A stretch of 64,000 nt of DNA from Candidatus Harrisonbacteria bacterium RIFCSPHIGHO2_02_FULL_42_16 (GTDB taxonomy: Bacteria; Patescibacteriota; Minisyncoccia; UBA6257; 02-FULL-45-10c): positions 4,890 through 68,889 of the forward strand of contig MHJG01000003.1 in assembly GCA_001818695.1 (NCBI GenBank), written 5' to 3'. How positions within the stretch are numbered: the first letter of the stretch is position 1; every line of letters begins with the position of its first letter. The notes beneath the pieces are model-generated. The model did not search any database, was not told the DNA's origin, and saw only the letters and a program-made list of their open reading frames with translations. A program made the translations under genes and the position numbers. Positions 52,740 to 62,909 of the stretch are shown here, piece after piece.

Positions 52740-53004
52740 GGATATGACTAATTAAATCTTTAATTGGCTGATTAAGGTGTTTTGGAATTTTATAATACAC
52801 ATTTTTACTGCGCTGTTCTTTTTCTACTATTTCAGCATTAAATAAATTTAATAAATGTTTAGAGGTAGCTTTTAAAGAAAGTTTTATAATGGAAGCGACA
52901 TCTGAAACTGTTATTTCCCCATCATTTAAAAGTAATTTAATAATTCGCAACCGCCTTTTATTTCCTAATGTCTTAAATAATTTTTCCAATTCTTTTATAT
53001 GCAT
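52723..53004 (-). CDS. ArsR/SmtB-family transcriptional regulator (second copy)
   Basis: 93 aa; NKRRLRIIKLLL...ITVSDVASIIKLSLKATSKHL; ends ...HSHE like the first copy. Confidence 0.7.
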   Translation of the reverse strand: MHIKELEKLFKTLGNKRRLRIIKLLLNDGEITVSDVASIIKLSLKATSKHLLNLFNAEIVEKEQRSKNVYYKIPKHLNQPIKDLISHIHHSHE

Positions 53005-53044
53005 AGTGTTTATTATTATATCATTTTAATAAAAAATTACAATT

Positions 53045-53070
53045 AAGAATCATTCGCACGAATGATTCTT
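53045..53070. repeat. perfect 12-2-12 palindrome upstream of the second ArsR gene (candidate operator)
   Basis: aagaatcattcg-ca-cgaatgattctt. Confidence 0.6.
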
Positions 53071-53169
53071 ATAAGAAAATAAAATAAAAATGAAAATTTC
53101 TTTTAATATAACTACCCGAGCGTAAGCTCGGAGTATTTATGTGCTTAATAAAAAGTATATAATTAAATT

Positions 53170-54693
53170 ATGGGGTTAAGCAATAATTTAGCCGTTTTGC
53201 GTCGGGGACTGATTTTTTTAATTATTACGGCTTCTTTTTTACTGATGCTTAATGCCGCGAAAACCGATTCTTTAATTATCGGAGAGCCGCTATCGTCAAC
53301 TATTGAAATAAGAGTTATTTCCATAATAATAACAATCACTCTGCTTTTATTTGTTTATTTTTTTGCTAAAGAATTGCTGGGCCGCTGGTGGGCAGTGCTT
53401 CCTTTATTGTTTACCGGATTTTCTCCGACCATACTTGCTTATGGGCATTATGCCGTTAACGACATTGTTTTCACTTTGGCGATACTGGCAGCTTTATTTT
53501 TTTTTACCCGTTCTTTAACTTCGCCGGCAAAAATGAATATCTTTTTTGCGGCAATGGCATTTGGTTCGGCTCAGGCATCAAACTTATCTTCCGTTATTTT
53601 AATTCCCTATTTTCTTTTGATAATTTTAATTTTTTATGCCGCCAAAATTTTTAAAAACAACAATTTGGAATCCGGAAAAACTTTAATTCAACTAACTCTT
53701 TTAGTTTTGGGCATAATTTTAATCGGGTATCTTTTTGTGGTTTATCCGGTTTATTTAACGAAGTATTTTGAAACTGAGTCGCCTCCGTTTCATGCCAGCC
53801 AGCAGTTTATATACGGTCCTATGAAAATATATTTAAACGACCTTGTGGCATATTATTCCAGCCAATCTCAATCAATTTTGCCTTGGTGGCATTATTTAAT
53901 CATTTACCCGCTTAAAGAACCAATGCCTCTTTTAATCACGATTTTATTCGCAGCCATTATGGGAATAATTTATTTTTTAGCGGGATTAAATTTTAATTTT
54001 AAAATTACCGGGCAAAAATTCAACGGATACCTTAATACTTACGGAACAGAATTTTCTTTGCTTATCTTTGCCGTTTTATATTGGAAGTATATTTCCATAA
54101 GTCCAGGCAATGGGGGCATTAATAAGCTCCTGCCGATCTTGCCGATAATGCATATTCTCGCCGCAATTCCCATTAAAAAATGGTTTGCGCGCCGGCCGCA
54201 TTATATAGCTACGACCTTAAAAGAAAAAATTATGAATTGGCTGAATTCTTTGATTAGTTTTTGGTTAAAATCCGTTATTTTGGGAATTATGGCAATCTGG
54301 CTTATAATTTCCGTTTTCTTGGCGACGCCGCATTTTTTATCTTACGCCAACGGATTATTTAAAAATAATTATCAATATCCGTTTAATTACGGAATTGACC
54401 TTGGTCAGGATTTAAAACGGCTGAAAGAATGGGCGGATATAAACTTAGAGCCAAGCGAAATTATTGCCGTTGATTATTTTGGAACGGAAAATCCTAATGC
54501 TTATCTCGGCGCAAGATTTGCGCCGTGGCATTCGTCCGACGGCAATCCTAAAGAAAACGGAATAGGTTGGTTCGCGCTGTCGGTAAATAATCTGCAAACC
54601 GCCATGAAAAATCCGGATGAATATCGATGGCTGGAAAACCTTGAACGGCCGATCGACCTGGTAGGAAAAACCATCCTAATTTACAGGTTATAA
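53170..54693 (+). CDS. glycosyltransferase family 39-like polytopic membrane protein (ArnT/PMT-like)
   Basis: 507 aa, >10 TM, N-terminal loop with conserved acidic/aromatic residues. Confidence 0.5.
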   Translation: MGLSNNLAVLRRGLIFLIITASFLLMLNAAKTDSLIIGEPLSSTIEIRVISIIITITLLLFVYFFAKELLGRWWAVLPLLFTGFSPTILAYGHYAVNDIVFTLAILAALFFFTRSLTSPAKMNIFFAAMAFGSAQASNLSSVILIPYFLLIILIFYAAKIFKNNNLESGKTLIQLTLLVLGIILIGYLFVVYPVYLTKYFETESPPFHASQQFIYGPMKIYLNDLVAYYSSQSQSILPWWHYLIIYPLKEPMPLLITILFAAIMGIIYFLAGLNFNFKITGQKFNGYLNTYGTEFSLLIFAVLYWKYISISPGNGGINKLLPILPIMHILAAIPIKKWFARRPHYIATTLKEKIMNWLNSLISFWLKSVILGIMAIWLIISVFLATPHFLSYANGLFKNNYQYPFNYGIDLGQDLKRLKEWADINLEPSEIIAVDYFGTENPNAYLGARFAPWHSSDGNPKENGIGWFALSVNNLQTAMKNPDEYRWLENLERPIDLVGKTILIYRL

Positions 54694-54721
54694 TTTACAG
54701 GTTATAAGCCATTACAAAAAA

Positions 54722-55504
54722 TTATAGGTTCTTATAAAAAATGCGGTTTTCCACCCTTAAATCAACGTATCTTATATTTTTAAAACCGGTTTCTTCACGG
54801 ATGGATTCCAGAGAATTCAGATTGGCGGAAGGGTCAAACCTGACACTGAATAAAAATTCCGTTCCGGCATAAGTTTTTACCTGAACTTCTTGAAGTTTTC
54901 CGTCATAAATAATTTTTTGAATGGGAAGACGCAGGCCTAAAATGCCTTTTAAAACAGCCGTTACATCCGTTATAAACCTGTCTTCAATAACTTTATCCCC
55001 TAAGCTGATTCTTTTTTCACCGTTATCATAAACGGTTAGAATAAGTGAACCTTCTGTTTTCGGGGCTTCTTCAAAAATAACGCCATTATTATCCATCCAG
55101 TGGCAATCGTCGCCGGTTGAACACCAAATGGCGAATCGCTCCCGTTCTTGGATATCAATAATAACTGATTGACGGAGCCAATCTCTATCAATATCGGCTT
55201 TTGATAGGGCGGTTCCGGAAACATTAAAATTTTTGCCGTTCCAAACAAAAAGATTATTTAAACCAGAAAAATTTTTAATTTCGTTGTTTAAAATCAGCGG
55301 CTGGAGAATGTTTAAAACTTGCCTGTCGGTCAAATGGCGCGCTCCGGTGATTTTAAAATTCCTGACTTTAAAAATCGGCGAATAAAAAACGGCGTAAAAA
55401 ATTCCTATCAGCGCCAAACCCGATAAAAATATCCAAAAATATAATTTTATCCTAAAAGAAGAACGGTTTTTTTGCAATCGGTTTTGGTCAAGATAAACTT
55501 GCAT
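54722..55504 (-). CDS. ftsQ: cell-division protein FtsQ/DivIB (POTRA domain)
   Basis: One TM then POTRA-like FKVRNFKITGARHLTDRQV. Confidence 0.7.
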   Translation of the reverse strand: MQVYLDQNRLQKNRSSFRIKLYFWIFLSGLALIGIFYAVFYSPIFKVRNFKITGARHLTDRQVLNILQPLILNNEIKNFSGLNNLFVWNGKNFNVSGTALSKADIDRDWLRQSVIIDIQERERFAIWCSTGDDCHWMDNNGVIFEEAPKTEGSLILTVYDNGEKRISLGDKVIEDRFITDVTAVLKGILGLRLPIQKIIYDGKLQEVQVKTYAGTEFLFSVRFDPSANLNSLESIREETGFKNIRYVDLRVENRIFYKNL

Positions 55505-55511
55505 TGAAGAG

Positions 55512-56630
55512 TTAAACGATAATCCGTTTAATCAGCGGATTAATGCGGGTAATCAATTCATAATGGATGGTATTTAATTTTTGGGCGGCATCAAAAGCGG
55601 AAATTTCTTCCCCTTTTTGCTTTCCAATAATAGTGGCTTTATCTCCGGCTTTGCAAGAAATACCGCTAACATTTACCACCACTAAATCCATAGAGACGCG
55701 TCCCAATATCTTAGCCCGGATGCCGCGAATCAGAACTTCTCCGATGCCGGACAATGCCCTTGGAAATCCATGCCAGTAGCCAATCGGCAAAATTGCCATC
55801 AATATCGGTTTGTTTGCCCGTTCAATCAAGTCATAGCCGATAAAATCACCTTTTTTAACCGTTTTAATTTCGCTGATAATCGTATGCCAAGAAAGTGCCG
55901 GTTTAAATCGCAAGTCCTGCCTTTGCAGGGATAATTCTTTAGACGGCCAGAGTCCATAAAGGCCAATTCCGGTTCTTACGGCGTCCAGATGGTATTTATC
56001 GTTGATTAGAGTTCCGCCAGTGGCGGCGGCATGCTTAATTAGTTTTTTAAAACCTCTTTTTTCAAACAAAACCGCAGCTTTATTAAAATTGGCAAATTGC
56101 CAATCGGTATAAGCAGGATAATTTAAGTCCTTAGCGGATGCAAAATGGGTATACACGCCTTTCAGGCAATTTCTAATTTCTAATTTAGAATTTCTAATTA
56201 TTTTTATAACTTGCGGAAGGTTTTTAAAATAAAATCCCTGCCTATGCATTCCAGTGTCAATTTTAAGGTGGAAAAATGGCTTATGTTTACTTTTGGCAAA
56301 GTAAGCCAACGCGTCAAAATTAGATATGGTAACGGTAAGCTCGTTTTGGGCGGCGTCTTTTAAAAAATGGGGCATTGTCGGTCCGAGCACTAAAATGGAC
56401 TTTTTAACGCTGTTTTGGCGCAATTTTAACCCCTCTGCCACGCTGTCAACGCAAAAACCGTCCACTTTATGGCTGACCAGCTTGGAAAATTCCACTAATC
56501 CGTGTCCGTAAGCGTTGGATTTTACTACCGCCCAAAGCTTGGTTTTCGGTTTCAGCAACGAACGCAAAACTCCGCAATTATATTCGGCGGCATTCTTATT
56601 GATTTCCACCCAGGTTTTAAATTGATGCAT
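55512..56630 (-). CDS. alr: alanine racemase
   Basis: PLP-lysine motif AVVKSNAYGHG. Confidence 0.85.
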   Translation of the reverse strand: MHQFKTWVEINKNAAEYNCGVLRSLLKPKTKLWAVVKSNAYGHGLVEFSKLVSHKVDGFCVDSVAEGLKLRQNSVKKSILVLGPTMPHFLKDAAQNELTVTISNFDALAYFAKSKHKPFFHLKIDTGMHRQGFYFKNLPQVIKIIRNSKLEIRNCLKGVYTHFASAKDLNYPAYTDWQFANFNKAAVLFEKRGFKKLIKHAAATGGTLINDKYHLDAVRTGIGLYGLWPSKELSLQRQDLRFKPALSWHTIISEIKTVKKGDFIGYDLIERANKPILMAILPIGYWHGFPRALSGIGEVLIRGIRAKILGRVSMDLVVVNVSGISCKAGDKATIIGKQKGEEISAFDAAQKLNTIHYELITRINPLIKRIIV

Positions 56631-56693
56631 AGTTGAAAATAAAAAACTAACCTAATATAATAATAGCAAGAAGTTCTTTGGGAGTATAATACG

Positions 56694-57203
56694 ATGAGAA
56701 AAGAGCTTGGACAGATCTGGCGCCAATTCAGGGAAAGTCCGTTTTTTCTGCAAGCATTGCTTGTTTTGGTAGTATTAAGCATACCCATAGGAATGCTTTT
56801 AGAAAAAGTAGTTACTGGCCGTATTACCTACGAACAACAGACGCTAATCAATTCACTAAAAAGCGACCCTTTATTAGATTTATTATTATTTCAAGTTATA
56901 CGGGCGGGGCTTGAGCAAGAATTTTTTTATAGAGGACCGATACGATTATTAGTTCTTTTTGCGCCTCAAATTAGCCGTAAAAATATCGGATTACTGTTAA
57001 AAATTTTCGCGTGGCTGGTAATTATAATGCCAATGTATTTTTGGGTGCCTGGACATCCTGATGCTGTACAAACAGTTTTGCTTGGGTTGGCTTGCGGCTG
57101 GACAGTATTAAAAACGAGAAGTTTGGAAAGCGCCGTTTTAATTCATATGGGATTCAACGCGCTTAATTTAATTGGCGGGCTTATCCAATATCGATTTTTT
57201 TAA
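56694..57203 (+). CDS. CPBP-family intramembrane metalloprotease (CAAX protease-like)
   Basis: EQEFFYRG motif plus downstream His; multiple TM. Confidence 0.7.
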   Translation: MRKELGQIWRQFRESPFFLQALLVLVVLSIPIGMLLEKVVTGRITYEQQTLINSLKSDPLLDLLLFQVIRAGLEQEFFYRGPIRLLVLFAPQISRKNIGLLLKIFAWLVIIMPMYFWVPGHPDAVQTVLLGLACGWTVLKTRSLESAVLIHMGFNALNLIGGLIQYRFF

Positions 57204-58449
57204 TTTCATCTATGCCTAAATACGGTTGCAGTATTTTGGGAACGGTTATCGTTCCCTTTTTTGTTTGGTAATTTTCCATAATGGCAATAATCATCCTGCC
57301 GATAGCAAAGGCCGTGCCGTTTAGCATATGGACGTACTGAGGGGTTAGGGTTGAGGGGTTAGGGTTGAGGGGTTTATACCGAATTTTTAAACGGCGGGAT
57401 TGAAAATCAGTAGTATTGGAAGTAGAATGAGTTTCCCGATACTCGCCTTTTCCGTTATTTTGTCCGGGCAACCAGACCTCAATATCGTATTTCGCCGCCG
57501 CCGGGTCTCCCAAGTCGCCGGAGCAGATATCAATTACCCGATAAGGTAATTCCAGCGTTTGCATTAATTTTTCCTGCAAAGAAAGCAGAAATTGGTGCTC
57601 TTTTTCCGAGTCCTCCGGTTTTACGTAACTGAACATTTCCACTTTATCAAATTGGTGGACGCGCAAAATTCCTTTGGTGTCTTTGCCATAGGAACCGGCT
57701 TCCCGCCTGAAACAAGTTGAAAAAGCCACATATCTTTTCGGCAGTTCTTTTTCTTCAAAAATTTCGTTTTGGTGCATCGGCCCGACGGATTGTTCGGAAG
57801 TGCCGGCCAAATACAAATTATCCGCAGGCAAATAATATATTTCATCTTTTCCCCGTTCCAGATAGCCCATTGACCACATTGATTTTTCATTAAGTAAAAC
57901 TGGCGGCACCACCGGAATAAATCCTTCTTTAACCAATATTTTTAAAGCTAAATCCACTAAAGCGAACTCCAATAAAACAGCGGCGCCTTTTAAATATCCA
58001 AAACGGCTTCCGGAGACCTTTGCCGCCCGTTCAATATCAATTAAATCCAGTTCTTGCGCCAGAGTTAAATAATCTTTCGGCTTGTCCAATTTTGGCTTCT
58101 CGCCTACTTCTTTCAAAATTTTATTTTCGGACTCGTCTTTGCCAACCTGCGCCGATGCTAAAGGCAAATTAGGCATTTGATGCAAGGCCTCCTGGCGCAT
58201 TTTATCCAAATCAGTCATATCCGCCTCCAACTTTTTTAAAACGTCTTTAATTACCCTTGCTTCCTCAATTTTTTTTTCTTCTCCTAATTTTTTCTGCTTA
58301 GCGCGGGAATCGTCAAATTGCTTAGTAAGAACCCGCCATTTTTCGTCCAGCTCTAAAAATTTATCAACCAAATCGGGAGCGGCATTTTTTGCGGCTAACC
58401 CCCTTTTAACTTCTTTTGAATTATCGCGGATAAAATTAATGTCTAACAT
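57181..58449 (-). CDS. serS: seryl-tRNA synthetase
   Basis: N-terminal coiled coil, class II motifs, C-terminal TLNGTAFAIGR...MENYQ. Contains an in-frame tandem 14-bp duplication (57340-57372). Confidence 0.9.
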   Translation of the reverse strand: MLDINFIRDNSKEVKRGLAAKNAAPDLVDKFLELDEKWRVLTKQFDDSRAKQKKLGEEKKIEEARVIKDVLKKLEADMTDLDKMRQEALHQMPNLPLASAQVGKDESENKILKEVGEKPKLDKPKDYLTLAQELDLIDIERAAKVSGSRFGYLKGAAVLLEFALVDLALKILVKEGFIPVVPPVLLNEKSMWSMGYLERGKDEIYYLPADNLYLAGTSEQSVGPMHQNEIFEEKELPKRYVAFSTCFRREAGSYGKDTKGILRVHQFDKVEMFSYVKPEDSEKEHQFLLSLQEKLMQTLELPYRVIDICSGDLGDPAAAKYDIEVWLPGQNNGKGEYRETHSTSNTTDFQSRRLKIRYKPLNPNPSTLTPQYVHMLNGTAFAIGRMIIAIMENYQTKKGTITVPKILQPYLGIDEIKKIDIG

Positions 58450-58470
58450 AGTAAAAAATAATATAAATTA

Positions 58471-59859
58471 TTATTTTAAGGGCCGGAGCGTCGGAAAAAT
58501 AATGATTTCTTTGACGCTGTGGCTGTCCGTTAAAAGAGAGACCAACCTGTCAACGCCAATGCCAAGCCCGGCTGCCGGCGGCATTCCATATTCCAGCGCT
58601 TCCAGATAATCTTCATCCAGGCGCGACGCTTCTTCGTTGCCGGAACGGTGCATTTTTTCCTGTTCTTCCATCCGCCGGCGCTGTTCTTCCGGGTCGTTTA
58701 ATTCCGAATAACCGTTGGCAATTTCCATTCCGGCAATCACCAATTGGAATCGTTCAGTAAAATCCGGATTATCCGGGCATGATTTCGCCAATGGTGAAAT
58801 TGCTTTCGGATATTTAATCACCAAAGTCGGTTCAATTAATTTGGGGCGAACCTCTTTTTTAAAAATTTCGTCAATCTTTCCCATATTTAAATCCCTCATT
58901 TTTTTTCCGGTATGCTTTTCCACCAAATTTTGATAATCCTCTATTTTCCATTCAGAGCATAAATTTAATTTAATGCCTTGATAAACTGCCGTTTTAATCC
59001 GCAGTTTATCCAAAATAGCTAAAAACCATTTTTGCGTTGCCGCCATCAGGCCTTTGTAATCCTGATACGCCCAATATAATTCCAACATAGTAAATTCCGG
59101 ATTATGTTCCCGGTCTATGCCTTCATTGCGGAAATTGCGCCCGATTTCAAATATTTTTTCAAAACCGCCCACTAAAAGCCGTTTTAAGTAAAGTTCCGGC
59201 GCGACGCGCAAATAAAAATCTTCATTCAAAGCGTTATGATGGGTTTTGAATGGCCTGGCAATAGCTCCGCCGGCAATCGGCTGGAGCATTGGCGTTTCCA
59301 CTTCTAAAAATCCGTCCTTTTTTAAAATCTCTCGCAATTCCTGAATGATTAAAGAACGTCGCTGTATCTTGTCTTTAATTTCTCCGTTTAAAATCAGGTC
59401 CAAATATCTTTTTCGATATCTTTCTTCAATATCTTTTAATCCGTACCATTCCGAAGGCAGAGGCCTTAAACTTTTAGCCGCCATTTCCAACTCCTGAACT
59501 TTAACGCTTTTTTCTCCTTTTTTAGTTTTAAATATCCGTCCTTTTACGGTGATAAAGTCCCCTATATCCAGACAGTTTTTCCATAAATCAAAATTTTTAA
59601 CTGATTTTTTAACAAGCACTGCCTGGATTCGGCCGCTTTCGTCTTTTAAATCCACGAACATTACTCCTCCTTGCGCCCTAAGACCGAAAATCCGCCCGCT
59701 TACCGCAACTGTATTTTTAAATAAAGATAAAAATAAAAAATGCCGCAAAACTTTTTTAATAAGATGCGTTCTTTTGGGATTGCTCGGATAGGCGTTATAG
59801 CCGGCGCTAATGATGCTGTCCCTTTTTTTTATCCGTTCTTGAACAATATCCTTTAACAT
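58471..59859 (-). CDS. lysS: lysyl-tRNA synthetase (class II)
   Basis: OB anticodon-binding domain plus class II motifs FRNEGID...HNPEFT..., GGAIARPF. Confidence 0.9.
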   Translation of the reverse strand: MLKDIVQERIKKRDSIISAGYNAYPSNPKRTHLIKKVLRHFLFLSLFKNTVAVSGRIFGLRAQGGVMFVDLKDESGRIQAVLVKKSVKNFDLWKNCLDIGDFITVKGRIFKTKKGEKSVKVQELEMAAKSLRPLPSEWYGLKDIEERYRKRYLDLILNGEIKDKIQRRSLIIQELREILKKDGFLEVETPMLQPIAGGAIARPFKTHHNALNEDFYLRVAPELYLKRLLVGGFEKIFEIGRNFRNEGIDREHNPEFTMLELYWAYQDYKGLMAATQKWFLAILDKLRIKTAVYQGIKLNLCSEWKIEDYQNLVEKHTGKKMRDLNMGKIDEIFKKEVRPKLIEPTLVIKYPKAISPLAKSCPDNPDFTERFQLVIAGMEIANGYSELNDPEEQRRRMEEQEKMHRSGNEEASRLDEDYLEALEYGMPPAAGLGIGVDRLVSLLTDSHSVKEIIIFPTLRPLK

Positions 59860-59864
59860 GAAAC

Positions 59865-60323
59865 TTACTCAATGGAAACTATTGTGTATTCCGTTTTGCC
59901 GTTTGGCGCGGAAACCACCGCTTTATCGCCTATCCGTTTTTCTAAAAACGCGCTGCCTAAAGGCGATTCATTGGAAATCAAACCGGAAACCGGGTCAGCT
60001 TCATTAGAGCCGACAATGGTAAATTTTGTTTTTTCTCCATTTTTTTCTACTACCACCGTTGACCCGACATTAACGATTCCCGAAGAAAATGTCTTTTCAA
60101 TTATTTTCGCGTTCTTAATCATATCTTCCAATGCCGAAATTCTCGTTTCTACCTGCGCCTGTTCTTCTCTTGCTTCGGCATATTCGGAATTTTCCGACAA
60201 GTCCCCGAATTCTTTTGCTTTTTTCAGCCGTTCGCCGACTTCTATTCTGCGACGGGTCTTCAAATCCTCATATTCTTTTTTTAATTCTTCTAACCGTTCT
60301 TTTGAGAGATATTGTTGGTCCAT
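59865..60323 (-). CDS. greA: transcription elongation factor GreA
   Basis: LKKAKEFGDLSENSEYAEAREEQ and FKBP-like C-terminal domain. Confidence 0.9.
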   Translation of the reverse strand: MDQQYLSKERLEELKKEYEDLKTRRRIEVGERLKKAKEFGDLSENSEYAEAREEQAQVETRISALEDMIKNAKIIEKTFSSGIVNVGSTVVVEKNGEKTKFTIVGSNEADPVSGLISNESPLGSAFLEKRIGDKAVVSAPNGKTEYTIVSIE

Positions 60324-60397
60324 TGTTTTGTTTTTTCAAAAAATAACTAATTTGTGCGAATAAACTAATATGTGAATTCGTTATTCGATGATGAAAT

Positions 60398-61129
60398 TCA
60401 TTTTAAATTGTAAGTATTCCTCCAAAGCCACCAGCGTACTTTAACAACTTCCCATAAAGTTTGCAAATACCCTTTTATAGGCACGGCCCGTTCCGGATTA
60501 TTGGCCCAGAATATCGGGATTGATTTTATTTTATAGTTTAGCGCTTTAGCGATTGCCAGCGCCTCAACATCAAATCCCCAGCCGTCAACTTTAGTCAGAT
60601 GAAAAATTTTTTCCGCCGCCTCGTCGGAAAAACATTTAAATCCGCATTGCGTATCCCATACTTTAGGCAATAAAATCGCCTGAATAAGAAGATTGCCGAG
60701 ATTGCCGATAAGCCAGCGATACCACGGCTGGCGCGGAAGCATCCTTGCCCCCCTAACATCGCGCGAACCGATAGCCACTTCATAACCTTCTTTAAAGTAA
60801 GGAATCATTTTATTGAATTCCACTATGGAAGTGGAATTATCCGCGTCCATAAAAAGCCGCCAAGTGCCTTTGACGGACAACATTCCTAATCTCACCGCCG
60901 CGCCTTTGCCTTTATGTTCTTTATTGTCAATCAATTTTAGGTTTTCTATCAAGGGTATAAAACGGCTGGTAATTTTAGCCGTATCATCGGTTGAGCCGTC
61001 ATTCACAACCGTAATGTCATAAGAATATTCCTGCTGTTCCAAATGCTTGTCAATATCAATAAGCGTCAGCGGTAGACGCTTAGCTTCATTATAAGCGGGT
61101 ATTATGACTGATAGAAAAGGCCGTGCCAT
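60398..61129 (-). CDS. glycosyltransferase family 2 (dolichyl-phosphate mannose synthase-like)
   Basis: SVIIPAYNE...NDGSTD...DAD. Confidence 0.8.
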   Translation of the reverse strand: MARPFLSVIIPAYNEAKRLPLTLIDIDKHLEQQEYSYDITVVNDGSTDDTAKITSRFIPLIENLKLIDNKEHKGKGAAVRLGMLSVKGTWRLFMDADNSTSIVEFNKMIPYFKEGYEVAIGSRDVRGARMLPRQPWYRWLIGNLGNLLIQAILLPKVWDTQCGFKCFSDEAAEKIFHLTKVDGWGFDVEALAIAKALNYKIKSIPIFWANNPERAVPIKGYLQTLWEVVKVRWWLWRNTYNLK

Positions 61130-61146
61130 ACGAACATTATAACAAA

Positions 61147-61177
61147 AAAGACGTTTTTAGGCGTCTTTGTTTTTTTA
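61147..61177. terminator. bidirectional intrinsic terminator (terminates map on the minus strand)
   Basis: aagacg-tttttag-gcgtctt flanked by A-run and T-run. Confidence 0.55.
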
Positions 61178-61344
61178 AAGATTTATTGTGGCTATTCTTC
61201 TATTATGCTTTTTTAAAAGATGGTTAATCATTTTATCGGAAATAATTATTTTACGGCAATACCTGCACACTACACAGCAAGGAGCATTATGACGACATTT
61301 ATAGCGATGCTTCTTAGAATGATACTCACAATTGCATTCAAACA
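61174..61344 (-). CDS. possible small Cys-rich zinc-ribbon protein (56 aa)
   Basis: Below ORF-track cutoff; MFECNCEYHSKKHRYKCRHNAPCCVVCRYCRK...; G-rich stretch before ATG. Confidence 0.25.
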
Positions 61345-61431
61345 TACCCCCCCCTTATTGCAATATCTATTTTAAAGGTTCTTATATTTATTAGATAGTA
61401 TATAAAAACTCTATTTGTTTTGTCAAGCGAG

Positions 61432-62184
61432 TTAACGAGTCAATACCTCCGGCTCCCTTTCAGTAATCAACACTGTATGTTCAAAATGGGCGGTTAAACT
61501 TTTGTCGCGGGTGGCATAGCTGTCATCGGAAAGTTGGCGGATATAGGGGTCGCCCGCCGAAACCATAGGTTCCAACGCCAGTGTCATTCCCGGTTTTAAT
61601 TTCAAGCCGGTATTTTTCTGGCCTTCGTTAAAAATCGGCGGGTCTTCATGTAATTCCCTGCCAACGCCGTGCCCGCTCAAACCCTTTACCACTTTAAATC
61701 CATTTTTCGTAACATAATTATTGATTGCCCAGCCAATATCGCCTAAAGTTTTTCCCGGGCGGCATTCTTTAATGCCGACTAATAAAGCGTTGCGAGTGGT
61801 ATTCATAAGCCGTTTTGTTTCATCGGATATTTTTCCAATGCCGACCGTAAAGGCCGCGTCAGCAATATAATTCTGGTAAGTAACGCCAAAATCCAGCTTT
61901 AATAAATCGCCGGATTTAAGTTTATAAATAGTTGGCGTTCCGTGCACCACCACTTCATTTAAAGAAGCGCAAATAGAAGCCGGAAACGGTTTGGCCGCGC
62001 CATATGGCTGGTAACCTAAAAAAGTTGGTTCGGCGCCGGCTTCTCCAATCAACTCTCTTGTCAAATCGTCTAATTCTATTAAAGAAATGCCTTCTTTCAC
62101 CTCTTCTTTTATCCGTTTCGCCGTGGCGGCAAGAATTTTTCCGGCCGCTCGAATCAACTTAATTTCTTCAGCGGTTTTTATCAT
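61432..62184 (-). CDS. map: methionine aminopeptidase type I
   Basis: Metal ligands in pita-bread fold order (D..D..H..E..E). Confidence 0.9.
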   Translation of the reverse strand: MIKTAEEIKLIRAAGKILAATAKRIKEEVKEGISLIELDDLTRELIGEAGAEPTFLGYQPYGAAKPFPASICASLNEVVVHGTPTIYKLKSGDLLKLDFGVTYQNYIADAAFTVGIGKISDETKRLMNTTRNALLVGIKECRPGKTLGDIGWAINNYVTKNGFKVVKGLSGHGVGRELHEDPPIFNEGQKNTGLKLKPGMTLALEPMVSAGDPYIRQLSDDSYATRDKSLTAHFEHTVLITEREPEVLTR

Positions 62185-62193
62185 ACAATTACA

Positions 62194-62874
62194 TCAGCGC
62201 AATTTTTTTAAAATTGAAGCGAATACTTTATAAGGCAAAGGTCGGCCGTCCACTTTTATAATTTTATAACCTTTTTTACGCAATCCGTTCAGAATTGGTT
62301 CGGTTCTTTCTTTATATTCTTTAATGCGGGTTTCAAATACTTTTGGATTATCCACAGAGCGTTTCCGCAGTTTTCCGCCGCAAAGGGGGCAGGTTTTATG
62401 TTGGTCAGTGTCATTGTATAAAATTGCCGTTCCGCAAACCGAACAAATTTTACGATTTTTATTTCTTAAAATTGAAATTTTGGGGTTAATTTCTAAAAAA
62501 AATAGGAGAATATTTTTTTTACCATATTCTTTTTCTAAAATGCTGATTATTCCTTTATTTTTGCTGTCGCCGAATGTCTCAAAAACAGTCCGCGGAGAAC
62601 CGCTGAATATCACGCCAAATCCGGCCTTGGCAAGTTCCCTGGTTTTTTGGCGGACAATTTTTAAAACCCAACTTGGCGTGCAAAGTTTTCCGGTGTCAAA
62701 AATAACTTTTTCCCGTTGGATAACTTTGTCTTTTTTATTCACGGGGTCACGCACTACTTGTTCTATATATTTTCCGGTATCAAAATGAATCATTCCGAAT
62801 TTTCCAGCAATCAGATTTGCTTGCGTCCCCTTGCCCGCTCCCGGCGGTCCGTAAATTATAATCGCTTTACGCAT
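62194..62874 (-). CDS. adk: adenylate kinase with zinc-binding lid
   Basis: P-loop GPPGAGKGTQA and CSVCG...CPLCG lid; position between secY and map. Confidence 0.8.
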   Translation of the reverse strand: MRKAIIIYGPPGAGKGTQANLIAGKFGMIHFDTGKYIEQVVRDPVNKKDKVIQREKVIFDTGKLCTPSWVLKIVRQKTRELAKAGFGVIFSGSPRTVFETFGDSKNKGIISILEKEYGKKNILLFFLEINPKISILRNKNRKICSVCGTAILYNDTDQHKTCPLCGGKLRKRSVDNPKVFETRIKEYKERTEPILNGLRKKGYKIIKVDGRPLPYKVFASILKKLR

Positions 62875-62909
62875 TTACAGCATTATAACACAAAGCGGCT
62901 ATTTATTTT